A DNA stretch of 64,000 nucleotides from Squalus acanthias (taxonomy: Eukaryota), in contig CM059431.1 of the NCBI GenBank assembly GCA_030390025.1, positions 151,964,001-152,028,000 on the forward strand, in the 5' to 3' direction. The position numbers were made by a program, and so were the translations under genes. The notes beneath the pieces are model-generated. The model was not told where the DNA came from and did no database searches. It saw only the letters and a list, made by a program, of their open reading frames with translations. Below, one piece after another: positions 10,505 to 24,294 of this stretch. How positions within the stretch are numbered: the first letter of the stretch is position 1; every line of letters starts with the position of its first letter.

Positions 10505-12885
10505 ATGTTCAACTTTGACCAGTATATTCTTGGCCCATCTAGGACGGAGGCATTGCTGGATCTGATGCTGGGGGATGAGGTGGGTCAGATCGACCAAGTG
10601 CCTGTTGGAGAACACTTCGACAGGAATGATCATCGTATCATAAGATTTAGATTAGCAATGGAGAAGAGCAAGGGACAATCTAGTTTGGAACTCCTAAACT
10701 GGAGTACGGCTAATTTCAATGGGATGCAAAAGGATCTACCCAGGGTTAAATGGAACGGAAAACTTACAGGAAAAAAAACTGTAACTGAACAATAGGTTAT
10801 CTTTAAGGAGGAGATGTTCCACTTAGAGGCTAGGTACATTCCAACAAGAGGAAAGGGTAAGGGAACCAAAGCAAGGGCTGCTTCGATGACGAGGGAGATG
10901 GAGAAGATAGTGAAACAAAAAAAAACGGGTGTATGTTGCTTGTCAGGTGAATTCTTCAAGGGAAATTCAGACCAAATACAATAAGTTGAGATGGGAAGTG
11001 AAGATGAAAATAAAATTGGCAAAGAGAGAATATGAGGGTAGAATGGCTGTTAACATAAAAGGGAACCCAAAAATTCTTCTCCCGGCATGTAAACAGTAAG
11101 CGAGTAGTAAGTAGCAGTGTGCGGCTTATTAGGGACAATGAAGGTCATATATAAATAGAGGCGCAGGACAAGGGTAGAATACTCAATGAATACTTGTTAT
11201 CGGTGTTTACTAAGGAGTTGGATACTGACAAAATATTGGCAGAAGTGGAAAAGTTAGATGCAATGGAAGGGGTGAAAATTGATAAACAGGAATACTTGAA
11301 ATGCTGGGTGTGCTGAGAGCGGATAACTTTCCTGGACCAGAAGCCTTGCATCCCAGCTTGCTGGGGGAATGGGGGAGGAGATATCGGAAGGGTTTGCAAT
11401 AATTTTCTAATCTTCCCCAGATGCGGGGGAGGTGCCTGAGGATTGGAAAGTGACAAGTATAACACCAAAGTGTGTAAGGACAATCCTAGTAACAACAGGC
11501 TGGTCAGTTTAACATCAGTGCTGGGTAAAGTTTTGAAAACAATAATCAAGGAAAAATTTAATGTCTCTTGGAGAGGTTTAAGCTAATTAAGGAGAGCCAA
11601 CACGGATTTATAAAAGGCAGATCGTGTTTCACTCATCTAATTGAATTTTTTGATGAAATAACAGGGAGGATTGATAAAGGGAATGCAATGAATGTTGTTT
11701 ACATGAATATTCGGAATGCGTTTTACAAAGTACCACATATGAGGCTGGTTAACAAAATTGATTCTCATGGAATAGGTGGGTCAGTGGCAGCTTGGATAAG
11801 GAATTGTCTTAAGGTTAGAAAACAGCGAGTTGTTGCATTTTCAGACTGCAGCACGGTAGACAGTGGAGTTCACCAAGGGTCAGTGCAGGGGCCATTGCTT
11901 TTTTTGATATATATAATTGACTTGTATATTGAAAAAAAGAGTAGAATTTCTAAATGTGCCGATGACACCAAACTTGGGGGTGTGACACACAGTGAGGATG
12001 ACACCAATCGACTGCAGCAGTACATAGTTTTGCTTGCAGAATGGGCAGACAAGTGGCAGATGGAATTTAATACAGAGAAGTGTGAGGTGATGCATTTTGG
12101 CAGCAGGAACATGGAGAAGCAATATATAATTAATGACACAGTTTTAAAGAGTGTGCATGGACAGAGGGACCTTGGAGTTAATGTGCAAATGTCCCTGAAG
12201 GTGGCAGGATATAATGAGAGAGTGGTTAGCAAAGCATATGGGATCTTGGTTTTCAATATTTGAGGTATTGAGTAACAAAGTAGAGAAGTTATGCTGAACC
12301 TTTATAAAGCGCTGGTTATGCCACAACTGAAGTATTGCGTCCAGTTCTGGTCACCACAATTTAAGAATGATGTGAAGACACGTGTGAGGGTGCATTGGAG
12401 TTTTACAGGAATGGTTGATGGAAATGGGGGATCTTAGCAATAAGGACTGGCTGGAGAAGCTGGATTTGTTCTCATTAGAGCAAACGAGGTTGAGGAGTGA
12501 TTTGATAGAGGTGTACAATATTATGACAGGTTTGGATAGGTTAGACGTGGACAGGCTTTTCCCACTAGTTAGTGGTACAAGGACTAGGGGACACAGATGT
12601 AAGGTTTTGTGCAAGAGATACAGGGGGGAAATTTGAGGAAAAACGTTTTTACACAAGCGAGTGGTGATGACCTGGAACTCGCTGACGACGGAAGTGGTGG
12701 AAGCGGAGACACTCAATGTTTTCAAGGGGAGGCTGGATAGGCACTTGAGGGAAATAATCTTGCAGGGCTACGGGGATGGATCTGGGGAATGGGACAGACT
12801 GGATTGCTATACAGAGAGCCGGCACATACTCGATGGGCTGAATGGCCTCCTTCTGTGCCGTTATGACTCTATGACTATGACTCCA
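10505..12885 (+). mobile_element. CR1 LINE ORF2 (decayed) with 3' tail, abutting the GPCR 3' end
   Basis: SQHGFIKGRSC, QGSVQGPLLF, ADDTKLGG; CTATGACT tail. Confidence 0.92.
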
Positions 12886-13141
12886 CTGCTGAAGCTCAAC
12901 ATGACTGTTCTCTCTGAATCTCTTGCGATACGTTCCTTGCTTTAACGGGAATCGAGTATGTTCACCCGGAGAAAGCAGCAAACATCAAACACACGGCTCA
13001 AAATGGAAGAAATGATTCCTGATACCTGTTCATTTTCACAACAATAATCTCGTTTTCGTCCCAAGTGAAAGAAGTCCATTCTAAAACGGAACTCGATCTG
13101 CAATTAAACTGTAGTTAGGATAGGAAGCTCTGGTTTGATCT

Positions 13142-14043
13142 TCAGATTTTGCTAACCAAGTTCCGAATCAATGTCCAAGGAGATTTCACTAATCTCACCA
13201 GCTCTTCCCTGAATTTGGTTTGGGTCGCTGCATAAATGCACGTGTTTGTGCAGGAGCTCAAATACATGAGCATAAATCCGGTTGCAGAGGCGATGTATGC
13301 AGGAGATGTATAATCGGGTCGAATATAAATGGCCAGGGAGCTAAATAAATAACTAACGATAGATGTCAGCCATAACAATATAATACTGCCCGATACACTG
13401 AAGAGTAAAATTATGGATTTCCTCCGGCTCTCCATCTCTGGATCGCTCTGTTTCTCACTGCAGTGACCCCGGAGTCGCCTGCGGGCCCTACTGGCAGCTA
13501 GAATACACCTGACTGTCAAACCATTAAACAGTAATATCAAAGCGAAGGGAAGCGTTGGACATACAACAGATTCGAACCAGATGTACGCTATACCTGTTGG
13601 CGAGGTAAAAAAGTCGATTTTTAAGCGGCAACCCCAGTGGGTGTTGTTAATGATTCGTTCAGTTTCAGATGCAAACGAATATGGGATCTTTTCCAAACAG
13701 AGCAGAACAGAGACCGTTGTTATGACGGCTGCCGCAGTTCTCACTGTGCAATATTTCGCTTTAAACGTCTCACAACATATCGCGACATAGCGGTCCAGTG
13801 TGAAGGTGACGGTAAACCACATGGATATACTGATGACAGCACTATTCAAGTATATAAGCAACCTACAGATGGCAGTGTAACTGAGGAATGAATGTGGAAA
13901 GTGATATGTAAAAACGCGGTACAGCAGCACATTGAAGAAGATGACCAGTAGATCTGCTGTTGCCATGGCCACCATGTAGACCGAGATACCTTTGGAAAGA
14001 CCGCATTTTCCTCCGGAGAGAATCACTATTGTCAGTAGGTTCG
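13142..14043 (-). CDS. GPR139-like class A GPCR, coding exon 2 (end of TM1 through TM7 and helix 8)
   Basis: Acceptor CTTACAG|CG at 14044/14043; open frame ANLLTIVIL..MATADLL..TLDRYVAIC..LPFALI..SCTNTCIY..FREEL; resembles recalled GPR139 (ANILTVIIL, TIDRYIAVC). Confidence 0.9.
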
Positions 14044-14881
14044 CTGTAAGATAGAGGGACAAGCGGTCAGTAACGGGCACAGTCGGATAAATCTCACACC
14101 AATTGTGGGGAAATGTGCAGATGGTTTACTATGCAGGTGGATTTTTAATTATATAGGCGAGCGTTAACGAAGATTTCTTAAAAAAAAACATGGAACCCTC
14201 AATATAAAGCGACTGCAAATCCGCCTCCCTTCCCTGCAGACTTCAGACAGACATCGCCAGATATTAAATATAATTTCACAACAATTACTGCAAAGATATG
14301 AATTCAAACGAAACATTCAGTTGCGAGAATATCATTCAATTTAGATTGAAACTCTGCGCTTTTTCCATGCACAATCGCCCTCGGAGGGTGGCGGGGGTGG
14401 AGCTGCTCGGCAACAGAGCGGGAGCTGGTGGAGACGCGAAGGTTCTTTGCAGCCGAGGGGAGTGGAGCAGCTCCCTGAGCCGCAACTGTTGCTCAAAGTA
14501 TCTTTCAAAATCCCCTGTTGGGTGGAGGTGGCTGCAGTTCGAGCAATTATCAACGTGAAATAAATAGGGTAGAAGTGTACAACTGATGTGATTACTATCC
14601 ACAGGAAGAAACACATCCTGTAGTGATCTCTATACTGTTGGGGGAGACGGGGAATGTCAGCTTCCCCCTCCCTCAGTACAGGGAGGAAAGGCGAGCGCCC
14701 GGCACCCACGATCTACCGACCAGGCTCACCAGCCGCGTGGACTAGTTGGATTCCCACTGACATTCACCAACTTATCCCGATGGATAAGTGACTCTGCAAT
14801 GAGAACCTTCTCGGAATCATTACATAATCATTAACACTGAGATAGTCAACAACCATTAGGCAACAGGATTCACTGACTTAC

Positions 14882-14951
14882 CGGGAATGCCAAAGGCTGC
14901 GAGAGCAGGATAGCAAATGATGCTGACCATTTGAATTGTTGGAAGTGCCAT
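14882..14951 (-). CDS. GPR139-like GPCR, coding exon 1 (MALPTIQMVSIICYPALAAFGIP)
   Basis: ATG at 14951; 70 nt ending CCCG|GTAAGT; the phase-1 splice joins in frame (G|CG = Ala), giving 323 aa with a complete TM1. Confidence 0.85.
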
Positions 14952-15029
14952 TTCTTTTAGAAGGATATGTGACTTCTGTGCGGCAGTATGGTTATCATCA
15001 GAGTGTACATGTGATCCATAAACACTCTC

Positions 15030-15037
15030 CTTTTATA
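15030..15037 (-). promoter_or_regulatory. Candidate TATA box of the GPCR gene
   Basis: TATAAAAG on the minus strand ~80 bp upstream of the ATG. Confidence 0.5.
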
Positions 15038-15361
15038 GAAAACTCGCTGTCCCTTGAGAAATTTAGTCACAGGACAATTGGAGTTAGTTACAGTCACTTA
15101 ATCAAAAAGGCAAGATTTTCCGCTTCAGTGTCCGTGTGAAACCAAAGGGGAAATTTTACAACTCAGTTCATGTAACTCCATCAATTCAAATTAATGAACG
15201 GGAACTGATACCAGATGGAATGTACTGGGCTCAAGCAACGTGATCCCCGAAGGGAACATTCCACACGGGCATTGCATTAGGTTACTGGTACCTTGTAATC
15301 ATTCGTGAATTCTTAACTCATCCATTAGATAATTAAATTTAGCTTTGTACTATGATGATAA

Positions 15362-16735
15362 ATGGAGGTGATCCTACTCTAACCTTACTGGTGGTGATCC
15401 GACTCTAATATTACTGGTGGTGAAACTGCACTGTCATGACTGGTCGTGAATCTGCACTAACATTACTGGTGGTAACTGTACTCTGACAATACTGGTGATG
15501 ATCATGCTCTAAAATTACTGATGAGGACCCTACTCTAAAATTACTGGTGTTGACCCTGCTGTAACATTACTGTTGAGGTCACTAATTAACATAACTGGTG
15601 GTGACTCTACTCTAACATTACTGGTGGTGCCTATGATCTAACATTACGGTGGTGACTATACACTAACATTAATGGAGGTGGCCCTACTCTAACATTACTG
15701 ATGATGACCCTACTCTAAATTTATTGGTGATGACAATACTCTGATATTACTTGTGGTGATCATACTCTAAAATTACTGATGGTGATCATAAGCTAACATA
15801 CTGGAGGTGACCATGCTGTAACATTACTAATGAAGACCCTATTATAAAATTACACTAATTAACATTACTGGTTGTGACTCTACTCCAACAATACTGGAGG
15901 TGACTCTACTTTAACATTACTGTTCAGGACCCTATTCTAACATTAATGGTGGAGAGTATACTTTAAAATCACTGGCTGTGACTCTGCTCTAACATTACTG
16001 GTGATGAGTCTAGTCTAACTTAACTGGTGGAGGCAATACGCTAACCTTACTGGCAATGGTCCTACTCTAACACTACTGGTGGTGAACCTACACTAACATT
16101 ACTGGTAGTGATCCTACTCTAGCATTACTGGTGGCGAGTCTACTCTAACTTTATTGGTGCTGATTCTATGCTTACGTTAATGCTGGTGACCCTACTTTAA
16201 CATTACTGTTGCTGTCCCCACTCTGACATTTGTGATGGTGACGAGTCTACTCTAATAATACTGGTGGTGCTTCTAGTCTAACATTACTCGAGGTGACCCC
16301 GCTGTAACTTTACGAGTGGTGACTATACCCGAACAATACTGGTGGTGAACCTAATTTAACAATACCAGTGGTGATCATAATCTAACATTACTGGTGGTGA
16401 CTCTACTCTAACATTACTGGCGGTGACTCGACTCGAACATTACTGGTGGTGACTCTACTCGAACATTACTGGTGGTGACTCTACTCTAACATTACTGGTG
16501 GTGACTCTACTCTAAAATTACTGGTGGTGACTCTACTCGAACATTACTGGTGGTGACTCTACTCGAACATGACTGGTGGTGACTCTAATCTAACATTACT
16601 GGTGGTGAGTCTACTCTAACACTACCGGTGGTGACACTACTCTAACTTAACTGATGGTGACTTTATTCTAACATCACTTGTGATGAGCCTAATCTAACAT
16701 TACTGGAGTTGAATTTGTGCTAACATTTCTTTAAT
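15362..16735. repeat. 26-bp minisatellite (CTGGTGGTGACTCTACTCTAACATTA), block 1
   Basis: Tandem units; near-perfect run at ~16385-16620. Confidence 0.95.
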
Positions 16736-16739
16736 AGTC

Positions 16740-19198
16740 CTCCATGGGATGTGGGCGTCACTGGCGAACCAGCATTTATTGCCCATCCCTAATTCCCCTT
16801 GAGATGGTGTTGAGACGCCTTCTTGAACGCTGCAGCCCATGTGGTGAAGTTACACCCACAGTGCTGTTATGAAGGGAGTTCCAGGATTTTGACCCAGCGA
16901 TGGTGACGGAACGGCGATTTATCCCCAAGTCAGAATGGTGTGTGACTTGGAGGGGACCATGGAGGTGATGGTGTTCCCATGCGCCTGCTGCGGTTTTCCT
17001 TCTAGGTGGTAGAGGTCGTGGGTTTGGGAGGTGCTGCCGATGAAGCAGTGGCAAGTTGCTGCACTGCATCTTTTAGTTGATACACACTCGAGCCACGGTA
17101 CGCCGCTGGTGGAGGGAATGAAGGGAGGTGTTGGATGGAGTGCCGATCAAGCGTGCTAATTTGTCTTTGATGGTGTCGAGCGTCTTAAGTGTTGTTGGAG
17201 CTGCAGTCATCTAGGCAAGTGGAGTGTATTTCATCACACTCCTGACTTGTGCCTTATAAATGGTGGAAAATCTTTGGTTAGTCAGGAGGTGATTCACTCG
17301 CCGTAGAATACCCAGCCTCTGACATGCTCTTGTTGAGACAGTATTTATTTGGCGGATCCAGTTAAGTTTCTGGTCAATGGTGACCATCAAGATATTGATG
17401 GTGTGGTATTCGGCGATGGTAATGCCGCTGAATGCCAAAGACTGGCTGTTAGATGCTCGCTTGTTCGATATGGTCATTGCCTGGCACTTGTGTGGCGCGA
17501 ATGTTACCTGACACTTATCAACCCAAACCAGAATGCCGTCCAGGTCTTGATGCATGAGGCCATCGACCTGCTTCATTTTTTGACGAGTTGTGAATGGCAC
17601 TGAACTCTGTGTAGTCGTCAGCGAACATCCACACTTCTAACCTTATGATGGCCGGTAGTTCATTGATGAAGCAGCCGAAGAGGATTGGGGCTAGGACACT
17701 TCCCTGAGATACTCCTGAAGTGATGTCCTGAAGACGTGATGATGGATCCCCAAACACCACAGCCATCTCCCTTTGTGCTTGGTATGACTCCAGACAGTGG
17801 AGAGTTTCGCCTCACCTCCCGATTCCCATTGACTTCATTACTAGGGCTAATTGATGACACATTTGGTGAAATGGTGCCTTGATGTTAATGGCAGTCACTC
17901 TCGCCTCTCCACTGGAATTCAACTCATTTGTCCATGTATGGACGAACGCTGTAATGAGGTCTGGAGCCGAGTGGTCCTGGCGGAACCCAAACTGGGCATT
18001 AGTGAACAGGTTATTGTTGAGTAAGTGCCGCTTGATAGCACTATCGATGACCAATTCCATCACCTTTCTGATGATTGAGAGTTTACTGATGAGTCGGTAA
18101 TTGGCTGGTTTGAATTTTTCTTGCTTTTTGTGGACACGACGTACCTGGGCAGTTTTCCACATTGTCGGATAGATGCCACTGTTGTAGCTGTACTTGAACA
18201 GCTTAGCTAGTGGAGCGGCTACTTCTGGAGCACAACTCTTCAGCACGACAGCCGGGATGTTGTCGGGCCCACCGACTTTGCTGTCTGCAGTGCGCTCAGC
18301 TGTTTCCTGACATTACGTGGAATGAATCGAATTGGCAGAAGAGAGTCTTCTTTGATGGTGCGGACCTCAGGAGGAGGCTGATATCTATCATCCACTCGAC
18401 ACCTCTGGCTGAAGATGGTTGCACACACATCAGCCTTGTCTTTTGCACTCACGTGCTGGGCTCCACCATCATTGAGAATGGGGATAATAATGGCGCCTAC
18501 TCCTTCAGTTAGTTGCTTAATGGTCCACCACCATTCACGACTGGATGTGGCAGACAGCAGATCTTTGATCTGATCCGTTGATTGTGGGATCTCTTATCAC
18601 TGTCTGCAGCATGCTTCCGCTTTTTAGCGTTTGGACCAAGGCTGTAATGTGGTCTGGAGCTGGGTGGTCCTGCCGGAACCCAAACAGATTCAGTGAGCAG
18701 GTTATTGGCGAGTAAGTGCTGCTTGATAGCATTATAGATGACAAAATTCATCACTTTGCTGATGATTGAGAGTTTACTGATGAGGTGCTAATTGGCTGGA
18801 TTGTATGTGTCCTGCTTTTTGTGGACAGGACATAACTGGGCAGTTTCCCACATTGTCGGATAGATGCCAGTGTTATAGCTATACTGGAATAGCTTGGCTA
18901 GAGGAGCGTCTAGTTCTGATGCACAAGTCTTCAGCACGACAGCGGGAAGTTTTCGGTTTCCACAGCCTTGGATGTATCCAGTGCGCTCAGCCGTTTCTTG
19001 TTATCACGTGGAATGAATCGGATTGGCTGAAGACTGGCTTCTGTGATGGTGGGGACCTCAGGAGGAGGCCGATATGGATCATCCACTCGGCACTTCTGGC
19101 TGAAGATGGATGCACACGCTTCAGCTTTGTCTATTGCAGTCACGTGCTTGGCTCCACCAGCATTAAGGATAGGGATATTCATGGCGCCTCCTCCTCCC
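16740..19198 (-). mobile_element. CR1-group LINE (family B) 3' half with an internal re-duplication, inside the 26-bp array
   Basis: 3' tail at ~16745-16830; RT motifs; ~18630-19198 repeats most of ~17935-18510. Confidence 0.88.
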
Positions 19199-21514
19199 AT
19201 TACATTGCTGGTTCTGACTATATGCTAACATTACTGGTGGTGACCCTACTCTAACATTTCTGGTGGTGAACCAACTCTGCCATTACTCGTAGTGTTCTTA
19301 CTCTAACATTACTGGTGGAGATCATAACCTAACATCCTAAAATTTATCGTGATGAATTTAACCTAACATTACTGGTGGTGACACTGCTCTAACATTAGTG
19401 GTGAAGACCCTACTCCAACATTAATGGCGGTGACTCTACTCTAACATTATTGGTGGTGAAACTAATCTAACATTACTGGTGGTGACTCTACTCTGTGGCC
19501 CTACTCTAACATTACTGTTGGTGGCCCTACTCTAGCATTACTAGTGGTGACTCTACTCTAACATTACTGGTGGTGACTCTACTCTAACATTACTGGTGGT
19601 GAGTCTACTGTAACATTACTGGTGGTGACCCCACTCTAGCGTTACTAGTGGTGAATCTACTGTAACATTACAGGTGGTGACTATGCACTAACATTACTGG
19701 TGGTGGCCCTACATTAGCATTACTGGTGGAGACTCTACTCTAACATTACTGGTGGTGACTCTACTCTAACATTACTGGTGGTGACTCTACTCTGTGTCTC
19801 TACTCTAACATTACTGATGATGACCTTACTCTAACATTATTGCTGATGACATTACTCTGATATTTATGATGGTGATCATATTCTAACATTACTTGTGGTG
19901 TCCTCTAACATTACCGCTGGTGACCCTACTGTAACATTACTGGTATTGATCATAAACTAACATTACTGGTGTTGACCCTACTCTAACAATACTGGTGATG
20001 CTTCTACTCTAACATTACTGAATGTGACCCTGCTCTAACAATACTGGTGAGGACACTGCTTAACATTATTGGTGGTGATTGTGCACTAACAGTACTGGTG
20101 GTGATTCTTATGTAACTTCACTGGTGAGGACACTACTTTAACATAACTGGTGGTGACTCTTCTCTATCATTTCCGGTTGTGAACCGACTCCAACATAACT
20201 GGGGATTAACCTTCTCTAACTTTAATGATGGAGACGAGAACCTAACATTACTGGTTGTGGCTCCGCTCTAACATTACTGATGATGAGTCTGGTCTAACTT
20301 AACTGGTGGAGATAATACGCTAAACTTGCTCGCGATGACCCTACTCTAACAGTACTGATGGTGACCCTACACTAACATTACTGCTGGTGAACTTCCTTTA
20401 ACTTGACTGGTGGAGACCATATTCTAACATTACAGGTAGTGAATCTGCTCTAACATTCCTCGTGATGAGTCTAGTCTAACTTAACTTTTGAAGACAATAC
20501 GCTAACCTTGCTGGTGGTGATCCTGCTCTAGCACTACTGGTGGTGACTCTACATTAACATTACTGGTGCCGAGTCTACCCTAACATTACTGGTGGTCACT
20601 CAACTCTCACATTACTGGTGGTGACCCTACATTAACATTACTGGTGCCGAGTCTGCTCTAACATTACAGGTGGTGACTCTACTGCAACATTACTGTTGAT
20701 CCTTTTATTCCTACATTACTGGTGCCGAGTCTACTCTCACATTAACGGTGCTGAGTCTACTCTAACATTACAGTTGGTGACTCCACTGTAACATTACAGG
20801 TGGTGACTCTACTGTAACATTACTGTTGATGCTTCTACTCCTACATTACTGGTACCGAGTCTACTCTAACATTACTGTTGCCGAGTCTACTCTAACATTA
20901 CAGGTAGTGACTCTACTCTAACATTACTGTTACTGTCCCGAGTCTAAAATTACTGATGATGTCCCGACTCTAACATAATCGTGAGGACACTACTCTGACA
21001 TTAGTTGTGGTGTCGCTACTCTAAAAATACCGGTGGTGCTTCTACTATAACATTAGTAGAGGTGACCCTGCTCTAACTTTACTCTGACAATACTCGAATA
21101 TTACTGGTGGTGAATCTACCTTAACAATAATAGTAGTGATCATAATCTAACATTACTGGTGCTGACTCTAATCCAACATTACTGGTGTTGAATCTACTCT
21201 CACAATACCGGTGGTACTTCTCCTCTCACATTACTGGTGAGGACCCTACTTAATATCACTGCTGGAATCTCCGCTCTAACATAACTGTTGGAGAATCTAC
21301 TCTAGCATAACCGGTGGTGACACGACTCAAACATTTCTGGTGATGACCATACTCTAACGGTACTGCTTGTGAACCTACACGAACATTACTGCTGGTGATC
21401 CTGCTCTAGCATTACTGGGGGTGACCCTACTTTAACTTTACTGGTGGAGACCATATTCTAACCATACTGGTTGTGAATCTGCTCCAACATTACTGGTGAT
21501 GAGTCTAGTCTAAA
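19199..21514. repeat. 26-bp minisatellite, block 2
   Basis: Same unit. Confidence 0.95.
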
Positions 21515-21722
21515 CATAGAAGCATAGAAGATAGGAGCAGGAGTAGGGCATTCAGCCCCTCGAGCCTGCTCCGCCATTCAATGCGATTATGGCTGATCAC
21601 CCAAATTCAGTACCGTGTCCCTGTTTTCACCCCATATCACTTGATCCCCTTAGCCTTAAGAAATATATCTAACTCCTTCTTGAATATATTTAATGAATTG
21701 GACTCAACTGTCTTCTGTGGTG
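21515..21722 (-). mobile_element. CR1 3'-terminal fragment
   Basis: CATAGAA tail; ATAGGAGCAGGAGTAGG..CATTCAGCCCCTCGAGCCTG. Confidence 0.85.
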
Positions 21723-21789
21723 GTCAACTCGAACATTACTGTTGGTGACTCTACTCAAAAAATACTGGAGTTGATTCTACTCTAACATT

Positions 21790-22432
21790 GGGCCAGAAAT
21801 TCGGTTTTCCGGCTTCCTGCGGGTGTAAGCATCGCAAGCGTACTTACCGACCGCGCCTGCAGTTGTGTTTTGGGACCACGACAACTTCGGGTTCTGGGCA
21901 TCCTCCAGCTGCCAGCGCGCAGTGCTTGCATGTGCTGTCAAATCTATGAATTGAAATCGGCCCCAAAACAACACCTAAACTGTAAACAAATGAATAAAAA
22001 TCACATTTTTAAAATAACTATATGTTAAATAAATTAAATACTTTAAACAAAAATTTAAATTTTTGAAAAAATTAAAATACATTTTCATGTTGCTAAAAAT
22101 AAACTTACCTTTCTTTAAAATATCTTTAAAAAATAAACCTGTTGAAAAAGTTTTTAAATTGCAATGAATTAACCACTTACATTGTAAAAACGGGTCTTGC
22201 GCCTCCTTTTTAAAAGCGCAGCTTCTTGCATACTTACCTTCCCGGAGAAAGCTAAAAAAACCTGAAGTTCGCTGCATGTGCGCAGCCTCTCCCACGCACC
22301 TGGTTCACCTCTGAACCCCTCCCTTCCCGAGACAGGAAGTTGCGCAGTGCATGCAGGAAAACGGCACTTCGAGTGGCGTTACCGGTGAGTACACAGTGCG
22401 TACTCACCCGACAAGTGCCGAATTTCTGTGCC
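21790..22432. mobile_element. Non-autonomous DNA transposon (PIF/Harbinger-like MITE)
   Basis: TIRs GGGCCAGAAATTCGG / CCGAATTTCTGTGCC (13 of 15 match); 3-bp TSD ATT; subterminal inverted similarity; AT-rich core. Confidence 0.75.
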
Positions 22433-23405
22433 ATTATTGGTGAGGACTGTACATAACATTACTGGTGTTGCTTCTACTCTACTGTACAGGTGGTGATCAA
22501 CCTTCTCCAACATTACTAGTCGCGACTCTACTCTAACCTTACTGGTAGTGCCACCGCTCTAAAATTATTGGTGGTGATTCTACTCTAACATTACTGTTGG
22601 TGACCCTACTGTATCATTACTGGTGATGTCACTGATCTAACATTATTGGTGCTGTCACTAATCTAACATTACTGGCGGTGACTCTGCTCTAACATTACTG
22701 GTGGTGATGCTAATCTTACATTACTGGTGGTGACTCTACTCTAACATTAGTAGTGTTGACCCTACTGTAACATTACTGGTGGTGTCTCTACTCTAACACT
22801 ACTGGTTGTGACCCTAATCTAATATTAGTGGTGATGATTCTACTCTATCATTACTGGTGCTGACTCTACTGTAAGATTACTGGTGGTGACTCTAATCTAA
22901 TATTAATGGTGGCGACTCTACTTTAACATTACTGATGATGACCCTACAGTGACATTATTGGTGATTATATTAATCTGATATTAATAGTGGTGATCATACT
23001 CTAACATTACTGGTGGTATACTCTAACATTACCGAAGGTGGTCCTACTCTAACATTACTGATGTTGATCAGAAACTATCATTACTGGAGGTGACACGACT
23101 CTAACAATACTGGGGTTGCTTCTAATCTAACATTATTGGAGGTGACCCTTCTCTAACATTACTGGTTAAGACCCTACTCGTAAATTACTGGTGGTGACAC
23201 TACTCTAATTTTATTGGTGGAGACAATTATCTAACATTACAGGCTGTGACTCCACTCAAACATTACTGTTGATGAGTCTAGTCTAACTTAACTGGTGGAG
23301 ACAATACACTAACCTTACTCGCGATGACCCTACCCCACACTAATGGTGGTGACCCTACACTAACATTGCAGTGGTGATCCTACTCTAGCATTACTAGTGG
23401 TGACT
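22433..23405. repeat. 26-bp minisatellite, block 3
   Basis: Same unit. Confidence 0.95.
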
Positions 23406-23425
23406 CATAGTTTCATAGAGTCATA

Positions 23426-23690
23426 GGGTTGGATTTTGAGACTGGGGCGGGTTGGGGTCGTGTCATCCGCATTTCGTGTTTTTCCCGCCCGCAATTGGAT
23501 GTGGGAGATTGATGCAATTTTCACTTAATTTGGCAATTGAGTTCTAGCATGTGGGAACCCATGAACCAATTAGTGGTTTCAGTCTGAAAGTCGCCTCTGA
23601 TGATCTCATCATTACAGGTCAGAGACTGCCTGGTCTCAGAGATTGCCTGGCCTTTGCTGTGAGAGGACCTGGCTGCAAAATGAGCAGCAT

Positions 23691-23725
<35 letters not shown>

Positions 23726-24197
23726 TTTTTTGCAACCAAGTCCTCCCAGGCAGTCTCTGAAGACATTCAATGCAGCAGCATCAGAGGCGACTTTCAGACC
23801 TAATACTAATACTACCTTCATCAATATGCTACTACTACCTTCATCACATCTCCGTTGTAATAGTGGACCTGCAGCTGATAGTCAGCTATCCGCTTGTGCT
23901 CCCACCAGTTTTCACTGGCGTTTTTCAAATCAGGCGTACTTCATGTTGGAAAAGGGTTAAACTAGCTAACACGTTTCAAAATAGCATTACAGAGCCAATT
24001 TAGGGCTTGTTCAGGGCTTTAATGGCCTTTCCCGCCTCTTAGAGGCAGGACGGATTCGGGAACCACGCGACCGATTTTGTCAAAATAGTGTGGCGGCGGA
24101 TTGGATTCGGGATGGTGTCAGGACCCCCAAATCTGCAACTTTAAACCCCCCCACACGCCTCCAAACCCGACTCCACGGGTCATTGAAAATCCAGCCC
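23426..24197. mobile_element. Harbinger-like MITE inserted in a short minus-strand CR1 tail (~23406-24293)
   Basis: TIRs GGGTTGGATTTT / AAAATCCAGCCC; TSD ATA/AAA; the CR1 tail CATAGAGTCATA|GAGTTATACAGC resumes after it. Confidence 0.75.
23694..23722. repeat. (GA)n microsatellite
   Basis: About 14 GA units. Confidence 0.95.
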
Positions 24198-24294
24198 AAA
24201 GAGTTATACAGCACAGAAAGAGGCCCTTCGATCCATCTGTCCGCGCCGGCCAACAAGCCCTGTCTATTCTAATCCCATTTTCCAGCACTTGGTC

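Noticed and set aside
14044..14080. N-terminus MPVTDRLSLYLT of the 312-aa ORF
   Set aside because: Intronic pyrimidine tract and acceptor with a non-ATG start; the real start is at 14951
14298..14709. Overlapping ORFs in the GC-rich part of the GPCR intron
   Set aside because: No recognisable domain; explained by GC content
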